The translations under genes were made by a program, and so were the position numbers. DNA of 64,000 nt from positions 20,041 to 84,040 of the forward strand of contig CAIQNV010000049.1 of assembly GCA_903873295.1 (NCBI GenBank). Direction: 5' to 3'. Under the pieces are notes generated by a model. That model was not told the DNA's origin and searched no databases. It saw only the letters and a program-made list of their open reading frames with translations. Below, in pieces: positions 38,793 through 50,333 of this stretch. This DNA is from an uncultured Elusimicrobia bacterium. GTDB lineage: Bacteria > Elusimicrobiota > Elusimicrobia > Elusimicrobiales > UBA9959. Positions within the stretch are counted from its first letter, which is position 1. Each line of letters begins with the position of its first letter.

Positions 38793-40442
38793 ATGCTGAA
38801 GAGACTTTTGATAAAAAACTTCGCGGTGATAGAGGCGCTGGAGCTTGAGCCGGCTTCGGGGCTCAATATTTTTACCGGCGAGACCGGGGCCGGCAAGTCC
38901 ATAATAATTTCAGCGCTGGGCTTCCTGCTGGGCGAACGCTCCGGGTCGGATATCCTGCGGCCCGGCGCCGCTTCGGCGGAGGTGGAGGGAGAGTTCCTGG
39001 CTGAAAACCTGCCTGCCGGACTTAGGGAGCGCTGGAAGATAAACGCCGACGGGGTATCCATACGCCGCCAGGCCGATGCCAAAGGCCGCACCAGGGCCGC
39101 TATAAACGGGGCGGCGGCCACGCTTGCGCAGCTTTCTGAAATAGGCGGTTTTCTTGTGGATTTCCACGGCCAGAACGAGCATCAGAGCCTGCTTAAACCG
39201 GAAACCCAGCGGGACCTGCTTGACCGCTACGGCAAGCTCGAAAGAGAAGTTAAAACTGTTTTTGAGGCCTGGCAGGAGGTCCGCGCGCTGGAGGAACGGC
39301 TCGGCGCCGTCTCGCTTTCCGAAGACGAGCGCGCGCGCCTGCTTGACCTTTACCGCTTCCAGCTTAACGAGATAGAAGAGGCCAGGTTAAAAGAGGGCGA
39401 GGAGGAGGAACTTGAGGCGCTCTGGCCGCGCCTGAAGAACTCCGAGAAGCTCTTCTCGCTTTCCGGCGACACCCACGCGCTGGTGGACGACGCCGCGGGG
39501 AATACCGAGAAAGCCGCGGAAAAAATAAAAGCGCTGTCCGCCATAGACCCTTCGGCGGAGCATCTCACCGCGCGGCTGGCCTCGGCGGCTATAGAGCTGC
39601 GCGATCTGTCAGGCGAGCTTCGCTCCTACGGGCGCGGCGTGCATTCCAACCCCTCCGAAATCGACCGCTGTCTTTCGCGCCTTGATAAATTCAAGAGCCT
39701 TAAAAAGAAATACGGCGCCGATATCCGCGCGGTGCTCGCAAAAGCGGAAGAGCTGCGCGGCAAGGTGAACGGCCTGGACGATCTGACGCTCGACCGCTCC
39801 GAGCTGGAGAAGAAGCTCGCCGCCGCCGCGGGGAAACTGGAGAAACTTGCCCTCGCCCTGCACGACAGGCGGCTGGCTGCGGCCGGGAAACTGTCGGCGG
39901 AGATACTTAAAGAGGCCGAAGGCCTCGGCTTCAAAGAGGTGCGCTTTTCCGTGGACGCGGCCTACGACGAAGCCGCCCTGACCTCCTCCGGCGGCGACTC
40001 CGTGGAATATCTTTTTACCGCCAACCCCGGCTACCCGCTGCGCCCGCTGCGCTACACGGCCTCCGGCGGAGAGCTGGCCCGCATCATGCTGGCCCTCAAG
40101 ACCGCGCTGTCCCGCGCTGACCGCATAGGCGCCCAGGTTTTCGACGAGGTGGACGCCGGGGTGGGCGCGGTCACCGGCCGGCTGGTGGGGGAAAAACTGG
40201 CCCGCCTGGCGTCGGATAAACAGATCTTCTGCATAACGCATCTGCCGCAGGTGGCGGCCTTCGGGGAGGCGCATTTCTTCGTAGAGAAGGACGTTAAGGC
40301 CGGCGTGGCCGCGGCCGCCGTGCGCCGCCTGGACGCCTCTTCCCGCGAGAAGGAAATCGCCCGCATGCTGGGCGGAAAAAAACAATCCACCGAGCTGGGC
40401 CTCAAGCACGCCAAAGAACTTCTGGCGGAAGCCCAGAAATGA
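38793..40442 (+). CDS. recN: DNA repair protein RecN
   Basis: TGETGAGKS, HGQNEHQ, SGGELARIMLA, FDEVDAG, ITHLPQVA. Confidence 0.97.
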   Translation: MLKRLLIKNFAVIEALELEPASGLNIFTGETGAGKSIIISALGFLLGERSGSDILRPGAASAEVEGEFLAENLPAGLRERWKINADGVSIRRQADAKGRTRAAINGAAATLAQLSEIGGFLVDFHGQNEHQSLLKPETQRDLLDRYGKLEREVKTVFEAWQEVRALEERLGAVSLSEDERARLLDLYRFQLNEIEEARLKEGEEEELEALWPRLKNSEKLFSLSGDTHALVDDAAGNTEKAAEKIKALSAIDPSAEHLTARLASAAIELRDLSGELRSYGRGVHSNPSEIDRCLSRLDKFKSLKKKYGADIRAVLAKAEELRGKVNGLDDLTLDRSELEKKLAAAAGKLEKLALALHDRRLAAAGKLSAEILKEAEGLGFKEVRFSVDAAYDEAALTSSGGDSVEYLFTANPGYPLRPLRYTASGGELARIMLALKTALSRADRIGAQVFDEVDAGVGAVTGRLVGEKLARLASDKQIFCITHLPQVAAFGEAHFFVEKDVKAGVAAAAVRRLDASSREKEIARMLGGKKQSTELGLKHAKELLAEAQK

Positions 40443-40469
40443 CCGCTGCCGGTAAATAAAGGAAAACAT

Positions 40470-41921
40470 ATGCGCGTAAGATTCGCTCCCTCCCCCACAG
40501 GACATCTCCACATCGGCGGCGCCCGCACCGCCTTGTTCAACTACCTCCTGGCGAAAAAGCACAATGGCACCTTCATCCTCCGCATCGAAGATACCGACGA
40601 GGACCGCTCCACGGCGGAGTCCACCAGGTCCATCTTCGAAAGCATGCTCTGGCTGGGCCTCAACTGGGACGAAGGCGCTATGCCCGACAATAAAGAGAAG
40701 GGCGCCTACGGCCCGTACGTGCAGAGTGTGCGAGAAGCGCAGGGGATATACAGGAAATATGCCGACCAGCTCGTCCGGGAAGGCAATGCCTTTCACTGCT
40801 ATTGTTCGCCCGAAGAGCTGGAGGAGTCGCGCAGGAAAGCCCTGACCGAGAAAAGAGACCCCGTATACGACGGGCGCTGCCGCCGCCTGACCGGGGACCA
40901 GCGCGGGGCTTTCGAGGCGCAGGGGCGCAAGCCGGTGGTGCGCTTCATGATGCCCAAAGACGGGGCGGTCGGCTGGGCCGACCTGGTGCATAAAGAGATG
41001 AAGTTCGAAAACAAAGTGCTCTCCGACTTCATCATCCAGAAAGCCTCCGGCTACCCCACCTACAATTTCGCCTGCGTGATAGACGACCACCTGATGGAAA
41101 TAACGCATGTGATCCGCGGCGACGATCATATCTCCAACACCCCGCTGCAGGTGCACCTTTACGCGGCGTTCGGGTGGCAGGTTCCGGAGCTGGGGCACCT
41201 TTCGATGATACTCGGGCCCGACGGCACCCGCCTTTCCAAGCGCCACGGCGCCACCTCGGTGGGAGAATACCGCACACAGGGCTACCTGCCGGAGACCATG
41301 CGCAATTACCTGGCCCTGCTGGGCTGGTCCAACCCCGAGAGCCAGCAGCTCTTCAAAAAGGGCGAGCTGGAGGAAAAGTTCGATCTTAAAGGCTGCCAGA
41401 AAAGTCCGGCCATCTTCGACCCGGTAAAACTGGACTGGATGAACGGCGAGTACATACGCACGCTTTCCAGGGAAGAGTTTGTGGGCGCGACTGGTCCGTA
41501 TATGGACCAATTCGGCTTAAATGTTCCTCTCTCCGGGGTTCCGCGGGCGGATATAGTCGCCCTTGAACAGGAAAAGTGCAAGCTGCTGGCTGAGCTGCCG
41601 GCCAAAGTGGAATTCTTCTTCAAAGACCCGGTTTACGATCAGGCGGCCGTCGACTCAACCCTTAAAAAACCGGAAGTTCCGGCGATACTCAAAGGTGTAA
41701 AGGAAGCCTACTGCGCCCTGCCTGAATTCAAGGACGTCCAAATTGAAGCAGCCACCCGCGCCTTCGCCAAAGCCGGCGGCTTCAAGGCCGGCCAGGTGTT
41801 CCACCCGGTGCGCGTGGCTCTGTCCGGCCGCACGGACGGGCCCACCCTCTTCAAGATGATAGAGTACCTGGGCAAAGAAGAATCCCTGAAGCGCCTGGAC
41901 AAGGCGCTGGCGCTGGTATAA
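40470..41921 (+). CDS. gltX: Glutamate--tRNA ligase
   Basis: RFAPSPTGHLHIGG, LRIEDTD, THVIRGDDH, LSKRHG. Confidence 0.97.
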   Translation: MRVRFAPSPTGHLHIGGARTALFNYLLAKKHNGTFILRIEDTDEDRSTAESTRSIFESMLWLGLNWDEGAMPDNKEKGAYGPYVQSVREAQGIYRKYADQLVREGNAFHCYCSPEELEESRRKALTEKRDPVYDGRCRRLTGDQRGAFEAQGRKPVVRFMMPKDGAVGWADLVHKEMKFENKVLSDFIIQKASGYPTYNFACVIDDHLMEITHVIRGDDHISNTPLQVHLYAAFGWQVPELGHLSMILGPDGTRLSKRHGATSVGEYRTQGYLPETMRNYLALLGWSNPESQQLFKKGELEEKFDLKGCQKSPAIFDPVKLDWMNGEYIRTLSREEFVGATGPYMDQFGLNVPLSGVPRADIVALEQEKCKLLAELPAKVEFFFKDPVYDQAAVDSTLKKPEVPAILKGVKEAYCALPEFKDVQIEAATRAFAKAGGFKAGQVFHPVRVALSGRTDGPTLFKMIEYLGKEESLKRLDKALALV

Positions 41922-42138
41922 TAGCGCGGAAACCGCGGGCGCTGAAGAGGGCCGCGGAAGGCGGGAGCGGGAGCCGCTTTCCCGCCTTCCGGGGTCATAT
42001 CTGTCCCGTAACCGCCTGTCCCCGCGTAACAAAATCGCCACATCTTTGCATTAAATTCTAAATACCTAAATTGTAAACTTTCATAGGCGTACGCAGAGCG
42101 CAGCCTCTGATGCGGCGCGGACATAGTTCAGCGACCCT

Positions 42139-44565
42139 ATGAAATACTGGTTCTACTCTGAAGGCAACATACTCGGCCCCTATAACCCGGCAGAAATACT
42201 GGCGCTGCCCGCTTTTGCCGAGGAAAGCCTGGTCTGCCCCGAGACCTCCACCGGCGATGCCCCCGGCGACTGGCGGCCCGCGGTGCAGGTGCGGGAAATA
42301 GCCGCGGCTTTAAGCGTCGGCGCCGGCCGCACCATCAAAGCGGGCGCGGTAACGGGGGCCTACGAGTATGCGACCGGCTTTAACTCCCTGGCCGGCGGCT
42401 TTGACAACAAGGAGCTCCAGTCCGTGGCCCCCTATGGGGAACTCCTCGATACCATCGAGAATATCCTGGGAGCCTACAAAGAGGGCCCCTTCTCCAACAT
42501 CGCCGCTCCCGAACCCGAGCTCGATTACAATCTTTCCGAAAAATTCGACATCCGCCTCTCCCACGTACAGGAGGAGCTGGAGGCCGCCCGCTGGGAGAAA
42601 AACCTTCTCGTTGAAAAGATCCGCACGAAGGAACTTGAGGAGAGGAAAACCTGCGCGCGCATAGACGAGTTGGAGGCCCGCCTTAAAAGCGAGCACAGCA
42701 GGCTCGCCGCCGGCGAGATCGAGCTTCAGCAGGTGCGCTACGAGGCCGCCCTTAAAGAGCAGGAGGCGGTCCGGCGCCGGATCGAAGAGGTCCAGCTCGA
42801 AGATATAAAGAGAGCGGAGCTGAGCGACGCGCTCCGCCGGACGCAGGAAGAGCTGGAGCTCAGCCGGGAGCAGGCCGCGATGCAGTCCGCCGCTCCCGCC
42901 GCCGAATTTCAGCCGCCTCTGACGGAGGAGGCGCCGCCGGTCATTGAGCTGAGCGAAGTGAAGCCCGAACCTGCTCCCGGGATCACGGAGCCGGAAGCAG
43001 CGCCCGCCGCCGAGGAGAAGTCTGAGCCGGCTATCGAGTCAAAATCGTTCAAGAGCATTACCCGCGGCGCAGAGATAAAGCTGGAGACCTCGCTGGGAAA
43101 AGAGTCGAAGGAAGAATCCGGCGACGATACCGGGCTTAACATCCACAAATTCAAGAGTCTGGGCCAGACCCAGGCTCCGGCCTATGTTTACGGGTCGCAT
43201 TATGATAAGCCTCTGCCCGGCCCCGAAGCCGCTCCCGCCGGGGCGTTCAAGCCCGAGGTTTTCGAGCCCCTTCCCCAGCAGGCGGGCGGCATAATTTATG
43301 ATTTTACCGCGGTTACCGCCAAACAGCCTGAGACCACGCAGCAATTCCAGATAGAGACCCGGTACGAAGCTCCCGCTCCCGCGGCCCAGCCCGCGCAGCC
43401 CCGGGCGGTAAAGCCGCCCACTTATGATTTCGGAATACCCCAGGCAGCGCCGCCCCCGGTTCAGCAGTCCGCCCCGGTTCAGCAGCAGTCTCCGCAAGTG
43501 CAGCACGGCTTCCAGTTCCAGCCGCAGGCGCAAACTCCGGAGAATCAGCCGGTCCCGGCCCGGCAGCAGGCTCCGGCCCCGCAGCCGTCCGCCCCGGCTC
43601 CCCAGTTCAAAGCTCCTGAGCCCCAGGCGGTCCCGCCTTCGGCCCAGTTGTCTCCCGCTCCCGTCCCCGTTCCCAAAGAAAAGGCGCCCGCCGCCGCTCC
43701 CGATTCCCCGGAGAAAACGATGCGCGTGCCGATGCCCTCCTCAAAGGGTAAGCCCGACGTAAAAGCTCCCGAGAAAGCGAGGAGGAAAGGCGGCAGGATG
43801 GCCTTCCTGACCATACTCGTTATCTTCGGGTCGATGGCCGCCGGCGGCCTCGGCTACTTCTTCATGGGCGAGGGCGTGAGCTTCTCCGAATTTTCCATGC
43901 TTAACCTCGGCGGCAAGAAAAAACAGGCCGCTATGGACAGCCAGCTGGAGGCCAAGGCCGAACCCGCGCCCGCCCCTGTTGCGGAACCGGCGCCGGCGCC
44001 CGAAGCCCAGCCCGCCCCGCAGCCGCAGCCCGCTCCTGTCGAGAAACCGGCGAACGAGAACATCAAGAAGGCCCTTGAAATCGTAAAGGAGTACAAACTT
44101 TCCGGCGGCCGCGGCAATGTGGCCACCTGGTTCGCCAATTCTTTCCTTTCCGGCGCCACCGGCGGCACGAACGAGGAATGGACCGCTACGCCTCTTCACG
44201 GCGACATTCTTGTGGTGCAGTACCGCCTGCTCAGGCCCAGGCAGGAGCCGCTTATTTATCAGTTCGAAGTTGACGCCGCCAAGCGGGACATCGTGCGCGG
44301 GATCAACAACAACGCCATAGAGCTCCTGGATCTTTCCACCAAGGAAAAGAGCGCCAGCGCCGCGCCCGCTAAAAAAACCGCGGCCGGACCCAGGGCCCGC
44401 AAAACTTCCAGGGCCGGCGGGATCCCCATCCTTCCCCTGCCGGACGCCCCGCCCGCCGGCGCGCAGTCGGAGCAGGACCCCTCCGGGTTTGAAAACACTC
44501 AGGCCGAGGGCTCGGAGCAGGTAAAGTACCTTAAAGCCCAGGAATCCGACGAGGAACTGTTCTGA
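42139..44565 (+). CDS. Bitopic membrane protein: GYF_2-like N-domain, coiled coil, Pro/Ala/Gln-rich linker, TM, periplasmic domain
   Basis: YWFYSEGNILGPY...LVC...W GYF_2-like pattern; EE/RR-rich helix; low-complexity linker; TM FLTILVIFGSMAAGGLGYFF. Confidence 0.7.
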   Translation: MKYWFYSEGNILGPYNPAEILALPAFAEESLVCPETSTGDAPGDWRPAVQVREIAAALSVGAGRTIKAGAVTGAYEYATGFNSLAGGFDNKELQSVAPYGELLDTIENILGAYKEGPFSNIAAPEPELDYNLSEKFDIRLSHVQEELEAARWEKNLLVEKIRTKELEERKTCARIDELEARLKSEHSRLAAGEIELQQVRYEAALKEQEAVRRRIEEVQLEDIKRAELSDALRRTQEELELSREQAAMQSAAPAAEFQPPLTEEAPPVIELSEVKPEPAPGITEPEAAPAAEEKSEPAIESKSFKSITRGAEIKLETSLGKESKEESGDDTGLNIHKFKSLGQTQAPAYVYGSHYDKPLPGPEAAPAGAFKPEVFEPLPQQAGGIIYDFTAVTAKQPETTQQFQIETRYEAPAPAAQPAQPRAVKPPTYDFGIPQAAPPPVQQSAPVQQQSPQVQHGFQFQPQAQTPENQPVPARQQAPAPQPSAPAPQFKAPEPQAVPPSAQLSPAPVPVPKEKAPAAAPDSPEKTMRVPMPSSKGKPDVKAPEKARRKGGRMAFLTILVIFGSMAAGGLGYFFMGEGVSFSEFSMLNLGGKKKQAAMDSQLEAKAEPAPAPVAEPAPAPEAQPAPQPQPAPVEKPANENIKKALEIVKEYKLSGGRGNVATWFANSFLSGATGGTNEEWTATPLHGDILVVQYRLLRPRQEPLIYQFEVDAAKRDIVRGINNNAIELLDLSTKEKSASAAPAKKTAAGPRARKTSRAGGIPILPLPDAPPAGAQSEQDPSGFENTQAEGSEQVKYLKAQESDEELF

Positions 44566-44689
44566 TAAACAGCGATGAAACGGGACAGGCAGCGGGCTAC
44601 GGAAGCCGGCCGACCGTATAGCATAAATATAAACGGGCAATATCAACGGACTTTCTTTCCCCTCTTTTTGTCCTTTACTTTGTCCGCCC

Positions 44690-44717
44690 TTGATAATATC
44701 AGGAAAAATGGTAAAAT
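44690..44717 (+). promoter_or_regulatory. Putative sigma70 promoter for pilT-pilC
   Basis: TTGATA, 16-nt spacer, extended -10 TGGTAAAAT. Confidence 0.45.
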
Positions 44718-44860
44718 AGTGCTGTTCAGGGGTATGGCTGCGGGCTTTCCGCGGGAACGATGGCGGCGGAGCAGGCTATACGCGTGACAGGGCAGGAGAC
44801 GGCGTACGGGGTATAACTTAAGACGAGAGATATTTTCAGAAGTTTACGAGGAGCCGATCT

Positions 44861-45937
44861 ATGGTAACAATGAGCGAGCTGTTTATAATGATGCACGAGA
44901 AGAACGCCTCGGACATCCACCTCACCGCCGGCGCCACCCCGATGCTCCGCATAGACGGAGACCTGATCCAGACCCCTTTCGAAAAGCTGACCCCGGAAAT
45001 GTGCCAGACCCTGATCTTTTCGCTGATGACCGACGCCCAGCGCCAGCGCTTCGAGGCCACCAACGAGCTCGATTTCGCCTTCGGCATAAAGGGCATGGGC
45101 CGCCTGCGCATGAACGCCTACCGTCAGCGCGGCGTGGTGGGCGCGGCCATCCGCTCGATTCCCGGCAAGTATAAAACCTTCGACGAGCTGAATTTGCCGC
45201 CCGTGGTTTACGACCTTATGAAGATCACCAAGGGCCTGCTGCTGATAACCGGCCCCACCGGCTCCGGCAAATCCACCACGCTGGCTTCGATGATAGACTA
45301 CCTTAACGAGCACCGCAATTATCACATCATTACCGTCGAGGACCCGATAGAGTACGTGCATACGCACAAGAAGAGCATCGTGAACCAGCGCGAGGTCGGC
45401 GCGGACACCGAAACCTTCGGGGCGGCGCTGCGCCACGTGCTGCGGCAGGACCCCGACGTCATCCTCATCGGCGAGCTGCGCGACCTGGAGACCATCGGCG
45501 CCGCGCTGAACATAGCCGAGACCGGCCATCTGGTGCTTTCCACGCTGCACACCTCCGACGCCGCCCAGACCATAAACCGCATCATCGACGTTTTCCCGCC
45601 GCACCAGCAGGAGCAGATACGCGTACAGCTGTCGTTCGTGCTGCAGGGCGTGTTCGCCCAGCAGCTGCTGCCCATGGCCAGCGGCTCGGGCCGCACCCTC
45701 GCCTGCGAAGTGCTTATCGCCAATTCGGCCGTGCGCAACCTCATCCGCGAGCAGAAGATAGAGCAGATAGCGACCATCATCCAGACCGGCGGCAAGTACG
45801 GCATGGTCACCATGAACCAGTCGCTAGTTGACCTGTATAAGAAGCAGAAGATCAGCTACCAGGAAGCCATAACCCGCTCGGCCGACCCCGAGGACCTGAA
45901 GAAGCTGCTGCAGAAGACCCTTTCAGTTACAAGCTGA
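44861..45937 (+). CDS. pilT: Type IV pilus retraction ATPase PilT
   Basis: ASDIHL, GPTGSGKSTT, EDPIE, LRQDPDVILIGELRD, TLHT, AVRNLIRE (AIRNLIRE motif). Confidence 0.96.
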   Translation: MVTMSELFIMMHEKNASDIHLTAGATPMLRIDGDLIQTPFEKLTPEMCQTLIFSLMTDAQRQRFEATNELDFAFGIKGMGRLRMNAYRQRGVVGAAIRSIPGKYKTFDELNLPPVVYDLMKITKGLLLITGPTGSGKSTTLASMIDYLNEHRNYHIITVEDPIEYVHTHKKSIVNQREVGADTETFGAALRHVLRQDPDVILIGELRDLETIGAALNIAETGHLVLSTLHTSDAAQTINRIIDVFPPHQQEQIRVQLSFVLQGVFAQQLLPMASGSGRTLACEVLIANSAVRNLIREQKIEQIATIIQTGGKYGMVTMNQSLVDLYKKQKISYQEAITRSADPEDLKKLLQKTLSVTS

Positions 45938-45938
45938 C

Positions 45939-47132
45939 ATGCAATTTGCCTATAAAGCCAAGGAATCCAGCGGCAAGGTTACGGAGGGCGTGGTAGAGGC
46001 CGCCGACCAGAAAGCCGCCATGGCCCGTCTGCGCGAACAGAAGCTGTCCGTGACGGAAATAAAGGCCGCCCCGGGCGTTAAGAAGGCTAAAAAAGGCAAA
46101 GTAGACAACAAAGACGTAGTCATGTTCTCCCGCCAGCTTTCCACGCTGGTGTCCGCGGGCGTGCCCATAGTGCAGGGCCTTAATATCCTTGAAGCGCAGG
46201 CCGAAAGCCCCGGTTTTAAATACGTGGTCGGCTGTCTGCGCACCGACATCGAGGCCGGCCTTTCCATCGCCGACGCGATGAAAAAGCATCCCCAGGCTTT
46301 TACCGAGCTTTATGTGGCCATGATAAAAGCCGGCGAGGTGGGCGGTATCCTGGACACCATCCTCGAGCGGCTTTCCGGTTTTCTGGAATCCGCGGAGGCT
46401 TTGAAGTCCAAAGTGAAAAGCGCGCTGATGTACCCTACGGTGGTGTTCAGCGCGGCCGGGATCATCACTATTTTCCTTATCGTATTCGTCATTCCTATCT
46501 TCAAGGATATTTTCGGCGGCTTCGGCGCCGAACTGCCGCTTCTGACCCGGATCATTATCGGGATCTCCGATTTTCTGCGCGCCAAACTCCTCTATATGCT
46601 GCCGTTTATAGGCGGCGGGGTCTGGCTGTTCAAGAAGTGGATGAAGACCGAAAAAGGTCAGGAAAAGATAGACGAAATTTCGCTTAAACTTCCTATTTTC
46701 GGCATATTGCTAAAAAAGGTGGCTATAGCCAAATTCACCCGCACGCTGGGCACGCTCATTAAATCTGGCGTGCCTATCCTGCAGGGCCTAGAAACGGTGG
46801 CTAAGACAGCGGGCAACAAGGTTATCGAGAGGGCCATCAACAGCAGCCGGGACTCCATAAAGGAAGGCGGCCGTATTTCCGACCCGCTCAAGAAAGCCAA
46901 TATTTTTCCGCCGATGGTCATACAGATGATAAGCGTGGGCGAGGAGACCGGCGGGCTCGACGGCATGTTGAACAAGATAGCCGACTTCTACGACCAGGAG
47001 GTCGACACCGCGGTCAAGGGCCTGACCTCCATGATCGAGCCGATCATCATAATCGTCCTGGGCGTAGTGGTGGGCACCATCGTCATAGCCATGTTCATGC
47101 CCATGTTCGCTCTGGGCGACATGGTGGGCTAA
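45939..47132 (+). CDS. pilC: Type IV pilus platform protein PilC (GspF family)
   Basis: FSRQLSTLVSAGVP, AGEVGGILD, VGEETG, IEPIII. Confidence 0.95.
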   Translation: MQFAYKAKESSGKVTEGVVEAADQKAAMARLREQKLSVTEIKAAPGVKKAKKGKVDNKDVVMFSRQLSTLVSAGVPIVQGLNILEAQAESPGFKYVVGCLRTDIEAGLSIADAMKKHPQAFTELYVAMIKAGEVGGILDTILERLSGFLESAEALKSKVKSALMYPTVVFSAAGIITIFLIVFVIPIFKDIFGGFGAELPLLTRIIIGISDFLRAKLLYMLPFIGGGVWLFKKWMKTEKGQEKIDEISLKLPIFGILLKKVAIAKFTRTLGTLIKSGVPILQGLETVAKTAGNKVIERAINSSRDSIKEGGRISDPLKKANIFPPMVIQMISVGEETGGLDGMLNKIADFYDQEVDTAVKGLTSMIEPIIIIVLGVVVGTIVIAMFMPMFALGDMVG

Positions 47133-47187
47133 CGGGAGCCTCCCGGAGGCCGGGGCCTGAAGTATCAAGCGTAAAAGCCGTGATTTT

Positions 47188-48665
<1,478 letters not shown>

Positions 48666-48695
48666 TGCGGTTAAAAAAACGGCAGTTCGCCGCGC

Positions 48696-48992
48696 CTAAA
48701 TCGCTTTTTCTTTTTTGAGAAGGCGCCGCTTGGCGCCGGGGCCGCCGGGGGCGGAGAATCCCCCGAGGGTCCCGTCGGACCTTATCACCCTGTGGCAGGG
48801 GACGACGGGCGCGAAAGGGTTCTCGCCCAGCGCCGTGCCCGCGGCTCTGGCCGCGCCGGGCCTGCCGATCTGCTCCGCGATCCACTTATAGCTGCGCGTT
48901 TCGCCTTCAGGTATCAGCATGCAGGCGCGCCAGACCGCCTGCCGGAAAGGCGTGTAATCCTTCATTCTCAATAATACCTGTTCTTTAGTCAT
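48696..48992 (-). CDS. Methylated-DNA--protein-cysteine methyltransferase, C-terminal domain only
   Basis: IPEGETRSY, ARAAGTAL, NPFAPVVPCHRVI with active-site Cys; alternative GTG start at 49013 overlaps the uvrC stop. Confidence 0.9.
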   Translation of the reverse strand: MTKEQVLLRMKDYTPFRQAVWRACMLIPEGETRSYKWIAEQIGRPGAARAAGTALGENPFAPVVPCHRVIRSDGTLGGFSAPGGPGAKRRLLKKEKAI

Positions 48993-49009
48993 TATCGCTC
49001 CCGGGCCGG

Positions 49010-50314
49010 TCACTCCGCCAGCTCCGCCCTGCCGCGCAGTTTGCGGTGGTAGGCCACGCCGAAGCGGTGCGCCTCGTCGCGCAGCGCCTGCAGCAGCCTG
49101 AGTCCGGGATGCGCCCGGTCGAGAAGAAGTGGGAGGGCCCGTCCCGGCATATAGATCTCTTCAAGCCGTTTGGCCAGCCCTATGGCCGGGATCTTCATGC
49201 CCGCGGCGCGCAGGGCTTTCAGGGCCGCCGCCAGCTGGCCGGGCCCGCCGTCGATCAAGAGCAGGTCGGGAAGAGTTTCCTCTTTCTTTTTTAGCTGCGC
49301 CAGGCGGCGGCCCACTATCTCCTCCATCATGGCGAGATCATCGCCGCCCTCCGGCGCGTTCTTAAAAGCAATGCGGTATTTGCGGTAATGCGCGGTGTTC
49401 TTTTCGCCGTTAATGAAGCAGACGGAGGAGCCCACCGCCTGCCTGCCGAAAAGACTGGAAGTGTCAAAGGCCTCTATGTGGGCCGGAGGGCGGGCCAGCC
49501 CCAGCGCGGCTTTAAGGGCGGTAACCGCCCCCGTGCGGCCGGTGGCCTGCGGAAGGAAATCCGGGTCCAGCTTGTGCACCAGCACGCGCTCCTCCATGTG
49601 GGAGAAGGCGCCGAGGAAGTCGCGGTACCTGGCGGCCTCCTCGTAGGCAAGTTTTAAGGCGGCGCGCTTCATCCCCGCTTTGAAAGCGAGGCGGAGCTTT
49701 TGAAAATCGCCTTTCAGGAAATCCTCCACGCGCGCGGCCAAAACATTGTAGGCCGCTTTTGAGATCTTCCCGGCGCAGGGCGCGGTGCATTGGCCGGTAT
49801 GGAAGTAAAGGCAGGCTTTTATTTTGCGCACTTCCAGGGGCTTTTCGACGGAGAACTCCCAGCGGCAGCGGCGCAGGTTTATGAACTTTATCCGCCAGAG
49901 ATAGCCTGTCAGCTTTTTCAGCGGCTCCACTTTGGGATAGGGGCCGAAGTAGCGCCCGCCGTCCCTGGTCTTCCTGCGGGTGAACAGCAGGCGGGGAAAA
50001 TCTTCGCGGGTGAGCTCCAGGTACGGGTAGGTCTTGGAGTCTTTCCATATTTCGTTGAAGAAAGGCTGCAGGTTGTGTATGAGCTGGCGCTCCGTCAGCA
50101 GAGCCTCGCGCTCGCTGGCGGAGGCTATGTAGTCTATGCTGCGTATGAGGGCTATGAGGCTGGGGATCTTTCCCCGGGTGTCGGAGGGATTCTTCCTGAA
50201 ATATTGCGCCACGCGGTGGCGCAGGTCCTTGGCCTTGCCGACGTAGAGCACAGCGCCGGCCGCATCGCGCATCAGGTAAACCCCGGGTCCGTCCGGTAAA
50301 TGTGTAAGGTCCAT
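49010..50314 (-). CDS. uvrC: Excinuclease ABC subunit C (short form, no C-terminal HhH)
   Basis: GIY-YIG PGVYLM..YVGKAKDL, UVR motif YEEAARYRD, RNase H-like IEAFDTS, PDLLLIDGGPGQL, RDEAHRF. Confidence 0.9.
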   Translation of the reverse strand: MDLTHLPDGPGVYLMRDAAGAVLYVGKAKDLRHRVAQYFRKNPSDTRGKIPSLIALIRSIDYIASASEREALLTERQLIHNLQPFFNEIWKDSKTYPYLELTREDFPRLLFTRRKTRDGGRYFGPYPKVEPLKKLTGYLWRIKFINLRRCRWEFSVEKPLEVRKIKACLYFHTGQCTAPCAGKISKAAYNVLAARVEDFLKGDFQKLRLAFKAGMKRAALKLAYEEAARYRDFLGAFSHMEERVLVHKLDPDFLPQATGRTGAVTALKAALGLARPPAHIEAFDTSSLFGRQAVGSSVCFINGEKNTAHYRKYRIAFKNAPEGGDDLAMMEEIVGRRLAQLKKKEETLPDLLLIDGGPGQLAAALKALRAAGMKIPAIGLAKRLEEIYMPGRALPLLLDRAHPGLRLLQALRDEAHRFGVAYHRKLRGRAELAE

Positions 50315-50333
50315 AGCGGAAAAAATACTCCGA

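Noticed and set aside
43452-43491. Short tandem duplication encoding PVQQSA-PVQQQS
   Set aside because: Ordinary slippage in a low-complexity linker
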